The notes: generated by a model not told the origin, from the letters alone. A DNA stretch of 64,000 bases from an uncultured Gammaproteobacteria bacterium (GCA_964355275.1 CAYHCB010000005.1:4325-68324), one strand, 5' to 3'; counted from the stretch's first letter, positions 47,313 through 56,334 are shown. Numbers and translations: made by a program.

Positions 47313-48518
47313 TTATTTTTTAATAAATTCTAATACTTTTTCAATTACAAATTTTTGTTCTTCTTTTTTTAGAGATGGATACATTGGCAAACTTAAACAT
47401 TCCTCATAATACTTTTCAGAAATCGGTGTATATTCTTTTTTATTACCAAGTGATTGATAATATGGCATGGCATTAACAGGGATATAATGAACTTGAGCTA
47501 AAATATTATTACTACGTAAATAATCATATAATTCTTTACGTTTTTTAGTTCTAATAATATAAAGATGGTAAGCGTGACCAATTCCTTTACTTATTAATTT
47601 TTCATTACTGCCAGAGACAATTTCTATATCAGAAGTATTTTTAAAAGCCTGGTCATAAATATCTGCTATTTCTCTACGTTTTTTTATACCATCAGCTGCT
47701 CTTTGTAGTTGAGAAAAACCTAAGGCACAAAGAATATCAGGAAGTCTATAATTATAACCTAATTCCTGCATTTCATAATACCAACTACCATGATTTTCTT
47801 TAAGGCTATCTGGATTTTTGGTTATTCCATGAGTTCTCAAAGACAAAAGTTTTTTATATAATTCTTCATTATTAGTTGTAATCATTCCACCCTCACCAGT
47901 AGTAATATGTTTAACGGGATGGAAAGAAAAAACTGTTAAATCAGAATACACGCCATTACCACACAACTGTTTGACACCATTGCTATCAGTAAAATAGCCA
48001 CCTGGAGAATGACAAGCATCTTCCATTATCCAAAGACCATATTTATCAGCAATCTTTCTGAGTTCCTCAACATTAACAGGATAGCCAGCCATATCAACTG
48101 GAATAATACCTCGATAACTACCACGAGGGCTTAATTCTAAAAGTTTTTTAAGTGCTTCAATATCAATAGTAGCAGTGGAAGAATTTATATCAGAAAAAAT
48201 AACCTCACCATCACAATAGCGAATACAATTAGCTGAGGCAGCAAAAGTAATTGGAGTAGTAATTATTTTACTAGCGCTATTCACATTCAAAGCCAAAGCG
48301 CCTAAATGCAAAGCCGCTGTGCCATTAGTTACTGCTACGGCATATTTAGCTCCCACATATTTAGCAAATTCTTCTTCAAATTTAGCAACCCAAGGACCTT
48401 GAGTTAAATAATCACTCCGAAGAACCGATGACATTAATTCTATATCGTCTTCTGTGATATGTTGTCTTCCATATGGAATAAAAACATTATCCAATTGGTT
48501 CGAAATTTTTATCGACAT
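47313..48518 (-). CDS. pseC: UDP-4-keto-6-deoxy-N-acetylhexosamine aminotransferase (PseC-like, DegT family)
   Basis: IPYGRQHITEDDIELMSSVLRSDYLTQGP, AVAVTNGTAALHL, and SFHPVKHITTGEGG (PLP lysine). It overlaps the pseB stop. Confidence 0.85.
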   Translation of the reverse strand: MSIKISNQLDNVFIPYGRQHITEDDIELMSSVLRSDYLTQGPWVAKFEEEFAKYVGAKYAVAVTNGTAALHLGALALNVNSASKIITTPITFAASANCIRYCDGEVIFSDINSSTATIDIEALKKLLELSPRGSYRGIIPVDMAGYPVNVEELRKIADKYGLWIMEDACHSPGGYFTDSNGVKQLCGNGVYSDLTVFSFHPVKHITTGEGGMITTNNEELYKKLLSLRTHGITKNPDSLKENHGSWYYEMQELGYNYRLPDILCALGFSQLQRAADGIKKRREIADIYDQAFKNTSDIEIVSGSNEKLISKGIGHAYHLYIIRTKKRKELYDYLRSNNILAQVHYIPVNAMPYYQSLGNKKEYTPISEKYYEECLSLPMYPSLKKEEQKFVIEKVLEFIKK

Positions 48519-49500
48519 ATTTTTTAATTAATTCTCTCATGCTCTCCACTGTTTCCCATTTATCATTAGTACCAGAATTAAATTGAAAGCCTTTTTCTAC
48601 TTCCACGGCCTTAAAGTGTTCTAAATACTTATCTTTTTTGGCGTCAGAAGGTAAAATAGCGTAATATTTATCAAACTCAATAGTATTATAAGAATCACTA
48701 GCCGTAATCATCTCCTCATGAAGTTTTTCTCCTGGCCTAATACCAGTTTCTACTAATTTTATATTAGGAGAAATTGCTAACGCCACTGTTTCAATTTTGT
48801 AAGAGGCTATTTTTGGTACAAATATTTCTCCACCTAAGGCATTTTCAATTGCCCATAAAACCATTTCTACGCCATCTTCTAGGGAAATATTAAATCTAGT
48901 CATTTCCATGTGCGTAATTGGCAATTCACCCCCCTCTTTAGCCTTTTTAATAAAAAATGGTATTACAGATCCTCTCGATCCCATCACATTACCATAACGA
49001 ACAACAGAAAAACGCAAATCACGCTTTCCTTTAATATTATTAGCAGCAATAAAAAGTTTATCTGACACTAATTTAGTAGCTCCGTAAAGATTAATAGGTG
49101 CAGCCGCTTTATCGGTTGATAAAGCTACAACCACCTTAACGTCAGTGGCCAAAGCGGCATCAACTATATTTTGTGCTCCACCGATATTAGTTTTAATAAA
49201 TTCATCAGGATTATATTCAGCAATCGGCACATGTTTTAAAGCTGCAGCATGAATAATAACATCAATATCTTCGCAAGCTCTCTTTAAACGAGGTAAATCA
49301 CGAACATCTCCAATAAAAAATCTTACTTGAGGAAATTCATTTTCAGGATAGACTTGAGCCATCTCATATTGCTTTAACTCATCTCTAGAATAGATTACTA
49401 ATCTTTTAACATCTGGGTATCGTTCTAAAATTGTTTTAACAAACATTTTACCAAACGAGCCAGTTCCCCCTGTTATTAAGATTGATTTACCGTTAAGCAT
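48487..49500 (-). CDS. pseB: UDP-N-acetylglucosamine 4,6-dehydratase (inverting), PseB/FlaA1-like
   Basis: KSILITGGTGSFGKMFVKTILERY, a short extended SDR, YGATKLVSDKLF (YxxxK), and 337 aa. Confidence 0.9.
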   Translation of the reverse strand: MLNGKSILITGGTGSFGKMFVKTILERYPDVKRLVIYSRDELKQYEMAQVYPENEFPQVRFFIGDVRDLPRLKRACEDIDVIIHAAALKHVPIAEYNPDEFIKTNIGGAQNIVDAALATDVKVVVALSTDKAAAPINLYGATKLVSDKLFIAANNIKGKRDLRFSVVRYGNVMGSRGSVIPFFIKKAKEGGELPITHMEMTRFNISLEDGVEMVLWAIENALGGEIFVPKIASYKIETVALAISPNIKLVETGIRPGEKLHEEMITASDSYNTIEFDKYYAILPSDAKKDKYLEHFKAVEVEKGFQFNSGTNDKWETVESMRELIKKYVDKNFEPIG

Positions 49501-49539
49501 ATTTTTATACTAATTTACTAATTATATTTTACTAATAAT

Positions 49540-50841
49540 TTATTTTTTAAAATAATTAAATTTACTTACCAAAAAAACAACCAACGGTCCAGCAGAATAA
49601 GACAAAAGAGTGGCCCAAGCCGCACCATTTAACCCAATAGTTGGAATAAAAATAATGTTAAAAACTACATTTAATATCATTGAGCATACACTATACCACA
49701 ATATATAATTATTACGATTTTCTGATAAAAAATATCTATTAATAGCCGTTCCAATAAAGAGCCCTATTCCAGACCAAACGTATATTTGTAGAATAACTAC
49801 CGCTGCCGCATATTTACTTCCAAACAAAATAAAAATAATCCATGGTGCTAAAATAGTGGAAAAAATCGATATAACTAAAGCAGTCAAAAACATTAACAAA
49901 TATAATGCTTTTAGTCTCCTTTTGTATACATCCGGATTGGTTTTTTTAGCATTCACAATAGCTGGAAAAAGCGAAGCACAAATAATACCAGGAATAAAAT
50001 ACCAAATTTCAACCAACTTTACTGCAGCCGCATAAATGCCAACCTCATAACTGCCTAGCATATATCCAATCATAACTTGATCTATCTTTATATAAATAAA
50101 ACCAGCGGCTGCGGCAATCATTAAAAACAAAGATTTCTTTAATATTGTTCTTGATAATTTTTTATCATATGACCAATTTTTCATTTTTAATCCTTGTTTT
50201 TTATAAGCACTCATGAAACCCAGGCCCTGCCATAAAAAATCTAAAACGAAAACAATCACGATCCAAGTGATGCCTTTATCGAACAAAATAACCAACACCT
50301 TTAAACAGGAAGATATAATTGTGGAAAAGAAAAGAGCCTTAACATTATTTTTTGATTTTACTTCAGACTGGAAATAGATACTAATAACATTAATAGCCTG
50401 CAAAATAAGAGAGAGAGAAAATAAAATTATTAATAACCTGATAGCTGAATTTATTTGGAAAAGATAAGTACTAGCAACAGTTAATAAAAAAGCAACGACC
50501 CCACCTATTAATTTCAGACGAAAAACGGTTCCCATTAATTTATCTCTTTTTTCAGGAAATTCTATTAATTCCCTATTTAAGATTGATCCTGAACCAAAAT
50601 CGGCAATAAACCAAAATAATCCCACAAAAGCAACAGCATAGCTTAAAACCCCATAATTTTCCGGGCCTAAATATCTAGCAATCCAAGCCCCAATAAAAAA
50701 AGAGACTAATAGAGAAAACATCTGCCCCCCAAACATCCACCCGGTATTAGCAAAATAACGCTTAAAACCTTCGTGGTTTAAAATCCAGCGCCATTTTTGC
50801 GGAGTTATTTTTTCAATTATCTTAAAAAATTTGTCTAGCAT
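49540..50841 (-). CDS. wzx: Oligosaccharide flippase (Wzx-like, MOP/MATE superfamily polysaccharide biosynthesis protein)
   Basis: A 433-aa protein with 12-14 TM helices and the typical polysaccharide-biosynthesis-protein topology. It is the second gene of the glycan operon. Confidence 0.75.
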   Translation of the reverse strand: MLDKFFKIIEKITPQKWRWILNHEGFKRYFANTGWMFGGQMFSLLVSFFIGAWIARYLGPENYGVLSYAVAFVGLFWFIADFGSGSILNRELIEFPEKRDKLMGTVFRLKLIGGVVAFLLTVASTYLFQINSAIRLLIILFSLSLILQAINVISIYFQSEVKSKNNVKALFFSTIISSCLKVLVILFDKGITWIVIVFVLDFLWQGLGFMSAYKKQGLKMKNWSYDKKLSRTILKKSLFLMIAAAAGFIYIKIDQVMIGYMLGSYEVGIYAAAVKLVEIWYFIPGIICASLFPAIVNAKKTNPDVYKRRLKALYLLMFLTALVISIFSTILAPWIIFILFGSKYAAAVVILQIYVWSGIGLFIGTAINRYFLSENRNNYILWYSVCSMILNVVFNIIFIPTIGLNGAAWATLLSYSAGPLVVFLVSKFNYFKK

Positions 50842-50856
50842 TTTAAATTATAATAA

Positions 50857-51105
50857 TTACCACTTTTCAATCTTACTCACGACTTTCTTTTTTAAGTCCA
50901 GATAAGCTTCAACGGCTTTTTGCTCCACAACCGGAGAAACTAATTTTAAAATTTCTAAACCCAAAATACGATATTGCTTCCCCACCTTATTAGCGCGAAG
51001 CAGACCTTTTTTAAGCAAGCGCTTTAAAGTGCTATTACTAATCTTTAAAATTTTTTCTGTTTCACTAGTTGTGTAAACAGCATTTGGTTTTATTTCTTCA
51101 TTCAT
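50857..51105 (-). CDS. Small HTH DNA-binding protein, excisionase/MerR-like family
   Basis: YTTSETEKILKISNSTLKRLLKKGLLRANKVGKQYRI matches the excisionase-family HTH (TIGR01764-like). 82 aa. It is the first gene of the minus-strand glycan operon. Confidence 0.6.
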   Translation of the reverse strand: MNEEIKPNAVYTTSETEKILKISNSTLKRLLKKGLLRANKVGKQYRILGLEILKLVSPVVEQKAVEAYLDLKKKVVSKIEKW

Positions 51106-51111
51106 AATATC

Positions 51112-51141
51112 ATTATAGCTGTTTAATGATTAATAGGTCAA
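51112..51141 (-). promoter_or_regulatory. Sigma70-like promoter (TTGACC-N18-TATAAT) positioned for a leaderless transcript of the HTH/glycan operon
   Basis: The minus strand reads cttaTTGACCtattaatcattaaacagcTATAATgatattATG. The -10 hexamer ends 6 nt before the start codon. Confidence 0.55.
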
Positions 51142-51198
51142 TAAGTGTCACTGGAGGTCAATTTTAAAATAAAACGACCTTCTGCTATTTAAATATTG

Positions 51199-51207
51199 TG
51201 CTATAAT
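51199..51207 (+). promoter_or_regulatory. Extended -10 promoter (TGcTATAAT) positioned for a leaderless dedA transcript
   Basis: tgtgcTATAATatttctATG. The -10 hexamer ends 6 nt before the ATG at 51214, the same geometry as the divergent promoter. Confidence 0.5.
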
Positions 51208-51213
51208 ATTTCT

Positions 51214-52008
51214 ATGATTTTAGAATTTTTCACTAATCAATTTGCCTCACTGGGCGCCTGGTTTTTCTTCATCGGCGCTATGGTCGAAGCCTTGCCTTTA
51301 ATTGGCACCTTCTTACCCGGAGCCACAATTGTGACTCTTGGCGGTTTTGCTTCTGCTCAAGGTTATTTTGTGTTATGGAAAGTTATTGCTTTTTCAATTA
51401 GTGGCGCTATCGTTGGTGATGCAATTAGCTATTATGTGGGGGCTCACGGCGGTGATTATATAAGACGGAAAAATATTATTAGCCCAAGTATTTTACTAAA
51501 AGGCGAGGCTTTCTTTCTTAAATATGGTAATCAAAGTTTACTTTGGGGACGTTTTATTGGACCAATTAGAGCCATTATTCCCTTTCTAGCAGGACTAGCT
51601 AAACTTCGACCCAAAACATTCTGGACCTGGAATATTATTGGTGGAATAATGTGGGGATTTTTTTACGTCCTGCTCGGTCATTTCTCCGGTAATTTAGTGG
51701 CCGTTATTCTAAAACGCTGGAGCCATAAATTGAATTGGTTCTTACTACTACTAACCTTATTCCCTATTTTATATTGGCTCATCAAGCATCACGGCCAGTC
51801 ATTTAAACAATATATCAAAGATCAAAGTGCTATCTTTACTAAAAATATAGAAAGTTATCAGTTTATTCAAAAAATGGAAAAACGATACCCGGCTATTAGT
51901 GAATTCTTTATTAGTAAGTCAGCCCAACTTAAATTATATTTCTCGGTGATTAGCTTTATCCTTTTAAGTGTCTTAGCTGTTTTAACTTTAATCTTTGACT
52001 GGATTTAA
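51214..52008 (+). CDS. DedA family (VTT/SNARE-associated domain) membrane protein with a C-terminal extension
   Basis: LPGATIVTLGGFASAQGYF and GRFIGPIRAIIPFLAG are DedA signatures. I place the start at ATG 51214 (MILEFF...). The supplied track begins at a TTG at 51196, which would lie inside the promoter -10 element. Confidence 0.75.
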   Translation: MILEFFTNQFASLGAWFFFIGAMVEALPLIGTFLPGATIVTLGGFASAQGYFVLWKVIAFSISGAIVGDAISYYVGAHGGDYIRRKNIISPSILLKGEAFFLKYGNQSLLWGRFIGPIRAIIPFLAGLAKLRPKTFWTWNIIGGIMWGFFYVLLGHFSGNLVAVILKRWSHKLNWFLLLLTLFPILYWLIKHHGQSFKQYIKDQSAIFTKNIESYQFIQKMEKRYPAISEFFISKSAQLKLYFSVISFILLSVLAVLTLIFDWI

Positions 52009-52816
52009 GATAAAGCAATAAATTAATTAAAGAAATCGGTAGCATTAAAGAAGCCCCTATTCCGGCAACTCTGGTAATCCCTAAATTAAGGGCTAAAACT
52101 GTAAAAATTAAACATAGTAAACCATAACCGACAACGGGAATAAGTAGTAATGATGGAGAATAATTAGGCGTAAGAGGCGGAAAAAAGTATTCATAAGTTC
52201 GGAAAATAGCTAGTGATATAAACGCCACCAAAAACCAACCCACAAAATTACCAAATGGGATGCCAAAATAAAAACCACCGCTTGCCCAAGTCCAATTACC
52301 GGAAGCAACCATGACCGGATCCATAAAAAGATCAATTATCACCACGATTAAACTATCAACTATAATGAGTGGCAACAGCAATAAAAAGTTTTTATTGCTT
52401 TTTTTAGGATTACCGAGATTTAGCCAAACTAAGGATGAAGTAGTAATTAAATAAGCAGTATAAACAAAAAAAGACCAAAAAAATGGAATTAAAATTGGTA
52501 CTCCTAAAATAATTGGGCCCAAACTACTAGGGTTATAAGAATAGGCCCCACCAAAAATTACTCCCAAGTTAACTCCCAAGACCTCAAAAATAAAACCAAT
52601 AATAAAAGGTGGTAGTAGCAATATAACACTTCTTTTTATTCCAAATATCAGGCGAGCATGCCACAGTAAAAGTACAATTGGTAAACTAAACTTTAAAATT
52701 GTCAGAGTTAAAAAATATAAACCATAGGAGTTTAAAATAATATCAAGCAACGGAATTATAATGGTTAAGGCAAATAAACCCCATAAAATATAAGTTTTGT
52801 TAAAATTACGAATCAT
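51956..52816 (-). CDS. Polytopic membrane protein of unknown function (possibly DUF422-like)
   Basis: 286 aa with ~8 TM helices and an NWTWASGGFYFGIPFGNFVGWF aromatic/Gly motif. Its start overlaps the stop of the upstream gene (ATGA). Its 3' end overlaps dedA convergently by 53 nt. Confidence 0.5.
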   Translation of the reverse strand: MIRNFNKTYILWGLFALTIIIPLLDIILNSYGLYFLTLTILKFSLPIVLLLWHARLIFGIKRSVILLLPPFIIGFIFEVLGVNLGVIFGGAYSYNPSSLGPIILGVPILIPFFWSFFVYTAYLITTSSLVWLNLGNPKKSNKNFLLLLPLIIVDSLIVVIIDLFMDPVMVASGNWTWASGGFYFGIPFGNFVGWFLVAFISLAIFRTYEYFFPPLTPNYSPSLLLIPVVGYGLLCLIFTVLALNLGITRVAGIGASLMLPISLINLLLYLKSSQRLKLKQLRHLKG

Positions 52817-53265
52817 AATTTAATCTGGCTTAAGTCTTGATTTATAACACAAGGCTTCATATCAATTATTTCGTCAACGTAATGAATTCGCTCACTCTTA
52901 CTTGGTATTTTGTTAAACAAAAATATTTTCTTATTATGCCCATAAGCAAAGCCCATTTCCATTAAAGTGCTGCCGCCGATATAACTTTCTGTTCCCTTTT
53001 TATTAATATTTAAAACTAAAATTCCATCAGAGTTTTTAATAAACTCCCAATATCTTTTAATCATATCAATTTTGGCACCTTGTCGCAGAAGAATGTCGCC
53101 ATTTTCTTCTTTTTCCGCTATAAAATCTTCATATAAAATAACACTATTTATTATTTTTTCGGTAAAATAGGGGATATTAACCTGATGACCTAAATCTTCT
53201 AAAGCCTTTTTTACTTCAATTATTTTTGGTGAGAAATCAATGCTAGCACAAATTGTAATTATCAT
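52813..53265 (-). CDS. Nucleoside 2-deoxyribosyltransferase-like protein (Nuc_deoxyrib_tr family fold)
   Basis: SDGILVLNINKKGTESYIGGSTLMEMGFAYGHNKKIFL matches the family motif sDgviA...GT.fElGyA.a.gKP, including the catalytic Glu position. Confidence 0.6.
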   Translation of the reverse strand: MIITICASIDFSPKIIEVKKALEDLGHQVNIPYFTEKIINSVILYEDFIAEKEENGDILLRQGAKIDMIKRYWEFIKNSDGILVLNINKKGTESYIGGSTLMEMGFAYGHNKKIFLFNKIPSKSERIHYVDEIIDMKPCVINQDLSQIKL

Positions 53266-53379
53266 ATTTTTTAAATTTAATGTTAGATTAATACTTTAAT
53301 TATACAGCAAATACCTAGATAAAAAAACAAAGACTGTTTTATTTCTAAAACAGCCTGTTTAGTAAAAACGAAAACCAAT

Positions 53380-53961
53380 TTACAATAATTTACGGTAGAA
53401 TTCTAAAACTTTAGAAATATCAACATTTTGCGCAAAATCAATTTGCGTTGGCAAACTTAAAAAGCGACCAGCATTTGTTTGATATTCTAAATAACTAACT
53501 GGAGTCATATCTTTTCTGTTTATCTCGATCTGGCTAGAAAATATTTTACTGCTTAAAGTCTTGGCCCTTAAACTAATAGTTTGTCCTTGCTTTAAACTAT
53601 AAGAAGGAATATCTACCTTTTTACCGTCAACTAAAATGTGTCCGTGATTGACCAGTTGCCTGGCCTGTTCCCTAGTTTTACCAAAACCCAAACGATAAAC
53701 AACGTTATCTAGCCTAGTCTCTAGTTTTCTAAGTAGCTCAACCTGAGCATCGCCTTGACCGTTAAAAGCTTCACGAGCGTAACGTTTCATCTGACGCTCC
53801 ATGATTCCATAAATAAATTTAAGTTTCTGTTTTTGTTCTAATCTCTCTCCATAAGCTGACTTTCTTGGTTTTATTTGATTTCTGCGTCTAATGCTTTCAC
53901 TTTCCGAAGCTAAACCAAATCTCTGACGCTGTTTAAGCGTCGTCTTTAAATTTCTTCCCAT
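53380..53961 (-). CDS. rpsD: 30S ribosomal protein S4
   Basis: N-terminus RNLKTTLKQRQRFG, an S4 domain (LETRLDNVVYRLGFGKTREQARQLVNHGHILVDGKKVDIPSY), 193 aa. Confidence 0.95.
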   Translation of the reverse strand: MGRNLKTTLKQRQRFGLASESESIRRRNQIKPRKSAYGERLEQKQKLKFIYGIMERQMKRYAREAFNGQGDAQVELLRKLETRLDNVVYRLGFGKTREQARQLVNHGHILVDGKKVDIPSYSLKQGQTISLRAKTLSSKIFSSQIEINRKDMTPVSYLEYQTNAGRFLSLPTQIDFAQNVDISKVLEFYRKLL

Positions 53962-54102
53962 ATATTCAAAAGGTTTTAATAATAAATAATAAATTGTAAA
54001 TTACAATTTGTTGAATATTAGTATAGCAAAACTTTTAATTTAGTTCAATCTTTATAGTCAGCCTAATAAAGCGATGAATAATTAATTTTGGGCAAGAAAA
54101 AA

Positions 54103-54126
54103 GGAGCAGTTTTTGTAAACTACTCC
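54103..54126 (-). terminator. Intrinsic terminator downstream of the 54152-54703 gene
   Basis: ggagcagttt-ttgt-aaactactcc: a 10-bp stem (one G-U on the minus-strand transcript), followed on the minus strand by TTTTTT. Confidence 0.7.
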
Positions 54127-54151
54127 CTTCTTGCTATCTGTTATTTTCGGT

Positions 54152-54703
54152 TTAGAGATTTATATCAATTCCGAGTAATAAACTGTTGGTGTGACTTTTA
54201 GAGTCAACCGCGAACATTGTCCATAATTTGGAGTCAATTTTTTTGATTTTGTACTCCAATACTGGACCAATACCGGTAAAGCGCCAGGCTCTAACTGCTA
54301 CATTGAGGTTTTCGGTGGCCTTATAGGTTAAGGTAGATTTGTACCAGTAGTTATCCGGACCGTCCCCCTTTTCCACTAAAGTGAGGAAAGATATCTTGCC
54401 TTTTCCTAAGTACAGGAAGCTACCAAGACGATACAGCGCTTCATGATGCTCAATTCCGCCGCTTAAACCAATGGTTACACCTTCTACCGGCGAATAAGCG
54501 ATGCCGATTTGAGATTCAGCCCATTTTTGATTAACCAGAGCAAAATAAGTAAATACGAATTTTTCACTGATTTTTTTGGTACCGAACACGGTGATGCAAG
54601 GGGAAACTGTATTGCCAGTTAATTTACCGAATACGGACACCTGAGCTGAGCTCGAAAGGCTGAAAATAATCACGGAAATAAGGACAACAATTGCTTTTTT
54701 CAT
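54152..54703 (-). CDS. Exported beta-strand-rich protein of unknown function (signal peptide ending SSSAQ)
   Basis: MKKAIVVLISVIIFSLSSSAQ signal peptide, then alternating hydrophobic/polar beta-strand-like segments (VAVRAWRFTGIGPVLEYKI; LWTMFAVDSKS; SLLLGIDINL). A 100-nt sample gave GC of about 42 %. Confidence 0.5.
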   Translation of the reverse strand: MKKAIVVLISVIIFSLSSSAQVSVFGKLTGNTVSPCITVFGTKKISEKFVFTYFALVNQKWAESQIGIAYSPVEGVTIGLSGGIEHHEALYRLGSFLYLGKGKISFLTLVEKGDGPDNYWYKSTLTYKATENLNVAVRAWRFTGIGPVLEYKIKKIDSKLWTMFAVDSKSHTNSLLLGIDINL

Positions 54704-54939
54704 TTTATCAAGGATTTAGGTTAGGATTAGTTTGGTTATTTACTAAAGCTCTAATATCTTAGAACCTTGGTAAATAACTAAACTGGCCGCTTAAACTTGA
54801 TTTTTTTAATGTTCTAACTATAAAGAAATTATAACATTTTTATAATATAATGTCAATAGCATAGCTTGCTTTATTATTAGGTAAAAAAAGAAGCCCCGCT
54901 TTTTGTGCAGGGCTTTTACTAGGTAGTAGTGTTAAGAAA

Positions 54940-56334
54940 TTAAGAAATTCGAGTAACTTTCGGTACTTTTACCTGAATTCCGTTTTCCTCATATTTTTGT
55001 TTTATATCACGTAGCGTGTCCACGATTTTATTCGCTTCTTCTTTGTTCCAAACTTCATTCACGCATTCGGCGGCAAAATTTAGAACTTCTTCGATTTTCA
55101 AGATTAACAATCTTAGCTCGTCTTCACTCCACTCTTTTTTGTAGGAGAAAGTTAAGGCGTTTATTAATCCTAAAAAGTTAGTCAGGGAAAACTCTTTTTT
55201 AACAGTGTTAAATAAAAATTTTCGATCAACAATAGAATTTTCATTAAGCTTAAGCTTCATGAAATAATTAGCGATGATCTCCTTTTTACAAGGGCTATGC
55301 TGAAATAAAATTGGCATTCCGGTGCTACTTGATTGCGCCATATTGGTAAAAAGCATTGCCTCAATATCATCACAAGCAAACTCCCTGGTTACAAAATCCA
55401 AAAATTCGGAATCTAACTTAAAGTTTACATAGGAGATTTTTTTAAGCAACAAGCTTTTTTCATCTTCAGTCATAACTTTTCCGTCTTTTTTAAGACGAGA
55501 ATAAATTACCAGACAAGACTTTGAAAGCTTATCGTTATCCTGGCTGCGCTCCTTTTTGCTATCAATGTATTTAATGGCTAAACCGTAAAGACCTAAATCT
55601 AGTAAAGCTTGGTCTTGTTTTTCGCGAGCTAAAAGTTTTTCTTCTTCAGCCCGTTCCATAGCTTTTTTCTTTTTTCTTAGCGTTATTTTCTTTTGCATCA
55701 AATCAATGATAAAAAGAATGCTTAAAAGTACAAAAATAACGCCACTAATCCAAGGTCTGTTCCAGCCCCACAAGAAACCATCAAAATAATAAGGCACCGC
55801 AACTAACATAACAGCGCCGATATTTAAAGAGTATTTCTGTTTTTTTATTTTCATAATTAGTAATACGCCAATAATGCTCATGGCCGCTCCACCAAATATG
55901 ACTAACCAGGGATAAATGAGCCCCAGATAATTCATCAAAGGAAAAATACTAATTAGAACTAAGGCCTGACCGAGTACCATGATTTTTTTACTAACATCGA
56001 AAAGTCGACCATGGAGATACTGCGGGATGAATCTGGCTTTAAGTTTAATCGCCCAATTAGCTATCCATTTAAAAGGCGGTATTTTATACCACCAATGTTC
56101 GCGGAAAACTGAACGGTGAACAAACAATGAAAAGCCGGATAAGAAAATAAACAGGGATGCAATAAAAATTAAGGGCGCAAAATCGGTAGCCCAGTTCCAG
56201 GAAGTCTCCAGCCAGCTAAAGATGACTGACAAGTTGTTTATCCCGATAATTATCAGGATTACGGCCGAAATAACGGTGACCGAAACAACCATCGGCACAA
56301 TAACTGTGCCGGAATGTTTAATGATTTTTTTCAC
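54940..56334 (-). CDS. Membrane protein with ~6 N-terminal TM helices and a ~230-aa cytoplasmic C-terminal domain, unknown function
   Basis: 464-aa ORF with no recognised motif. Part of the GC-elevated block. Confidence 0.5.
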   Translation of the reverse strand: MKKIIKHSGTVIVPMVVSVTVISAVILIIIGINNLSVIFSWLETSWNWATDFAPLIFIASLFIFLSGFSLFVHRSVFREHWWYKIPPFKWIANWAIKLKARFIPQYLHGRLFDVSKKIMVLGQALVLISIFPLMNYLGLIYPWLVIFGGAAMSIIGVLLIMKIKKQKYSLNIGAVMLVAVPYYFDGFLWGWNRPWISGVIFVLLSILFIIDLMQKKITLRKKKKAMERAEEEKLLAREKQDQALLDLGLYGLAIKYIDSKKERSQDNDKLSKSCLVIYSRLKKDGKVMTEDEKSLLLKKISYVNFKLDSEFLDFVTREFACDDIEAMLFTNMAQSSSTGMPILFQHSPCKKEIIANYFMKLKLNENSIVDRKFLFNTVKKEFSLTNFLGLINALTFSYKKEWSEDELRLLILKIEEVLNFAAECVNEVWNKEEANKIVDTLRDIKQKYEENGIQVKVPKVTRIS

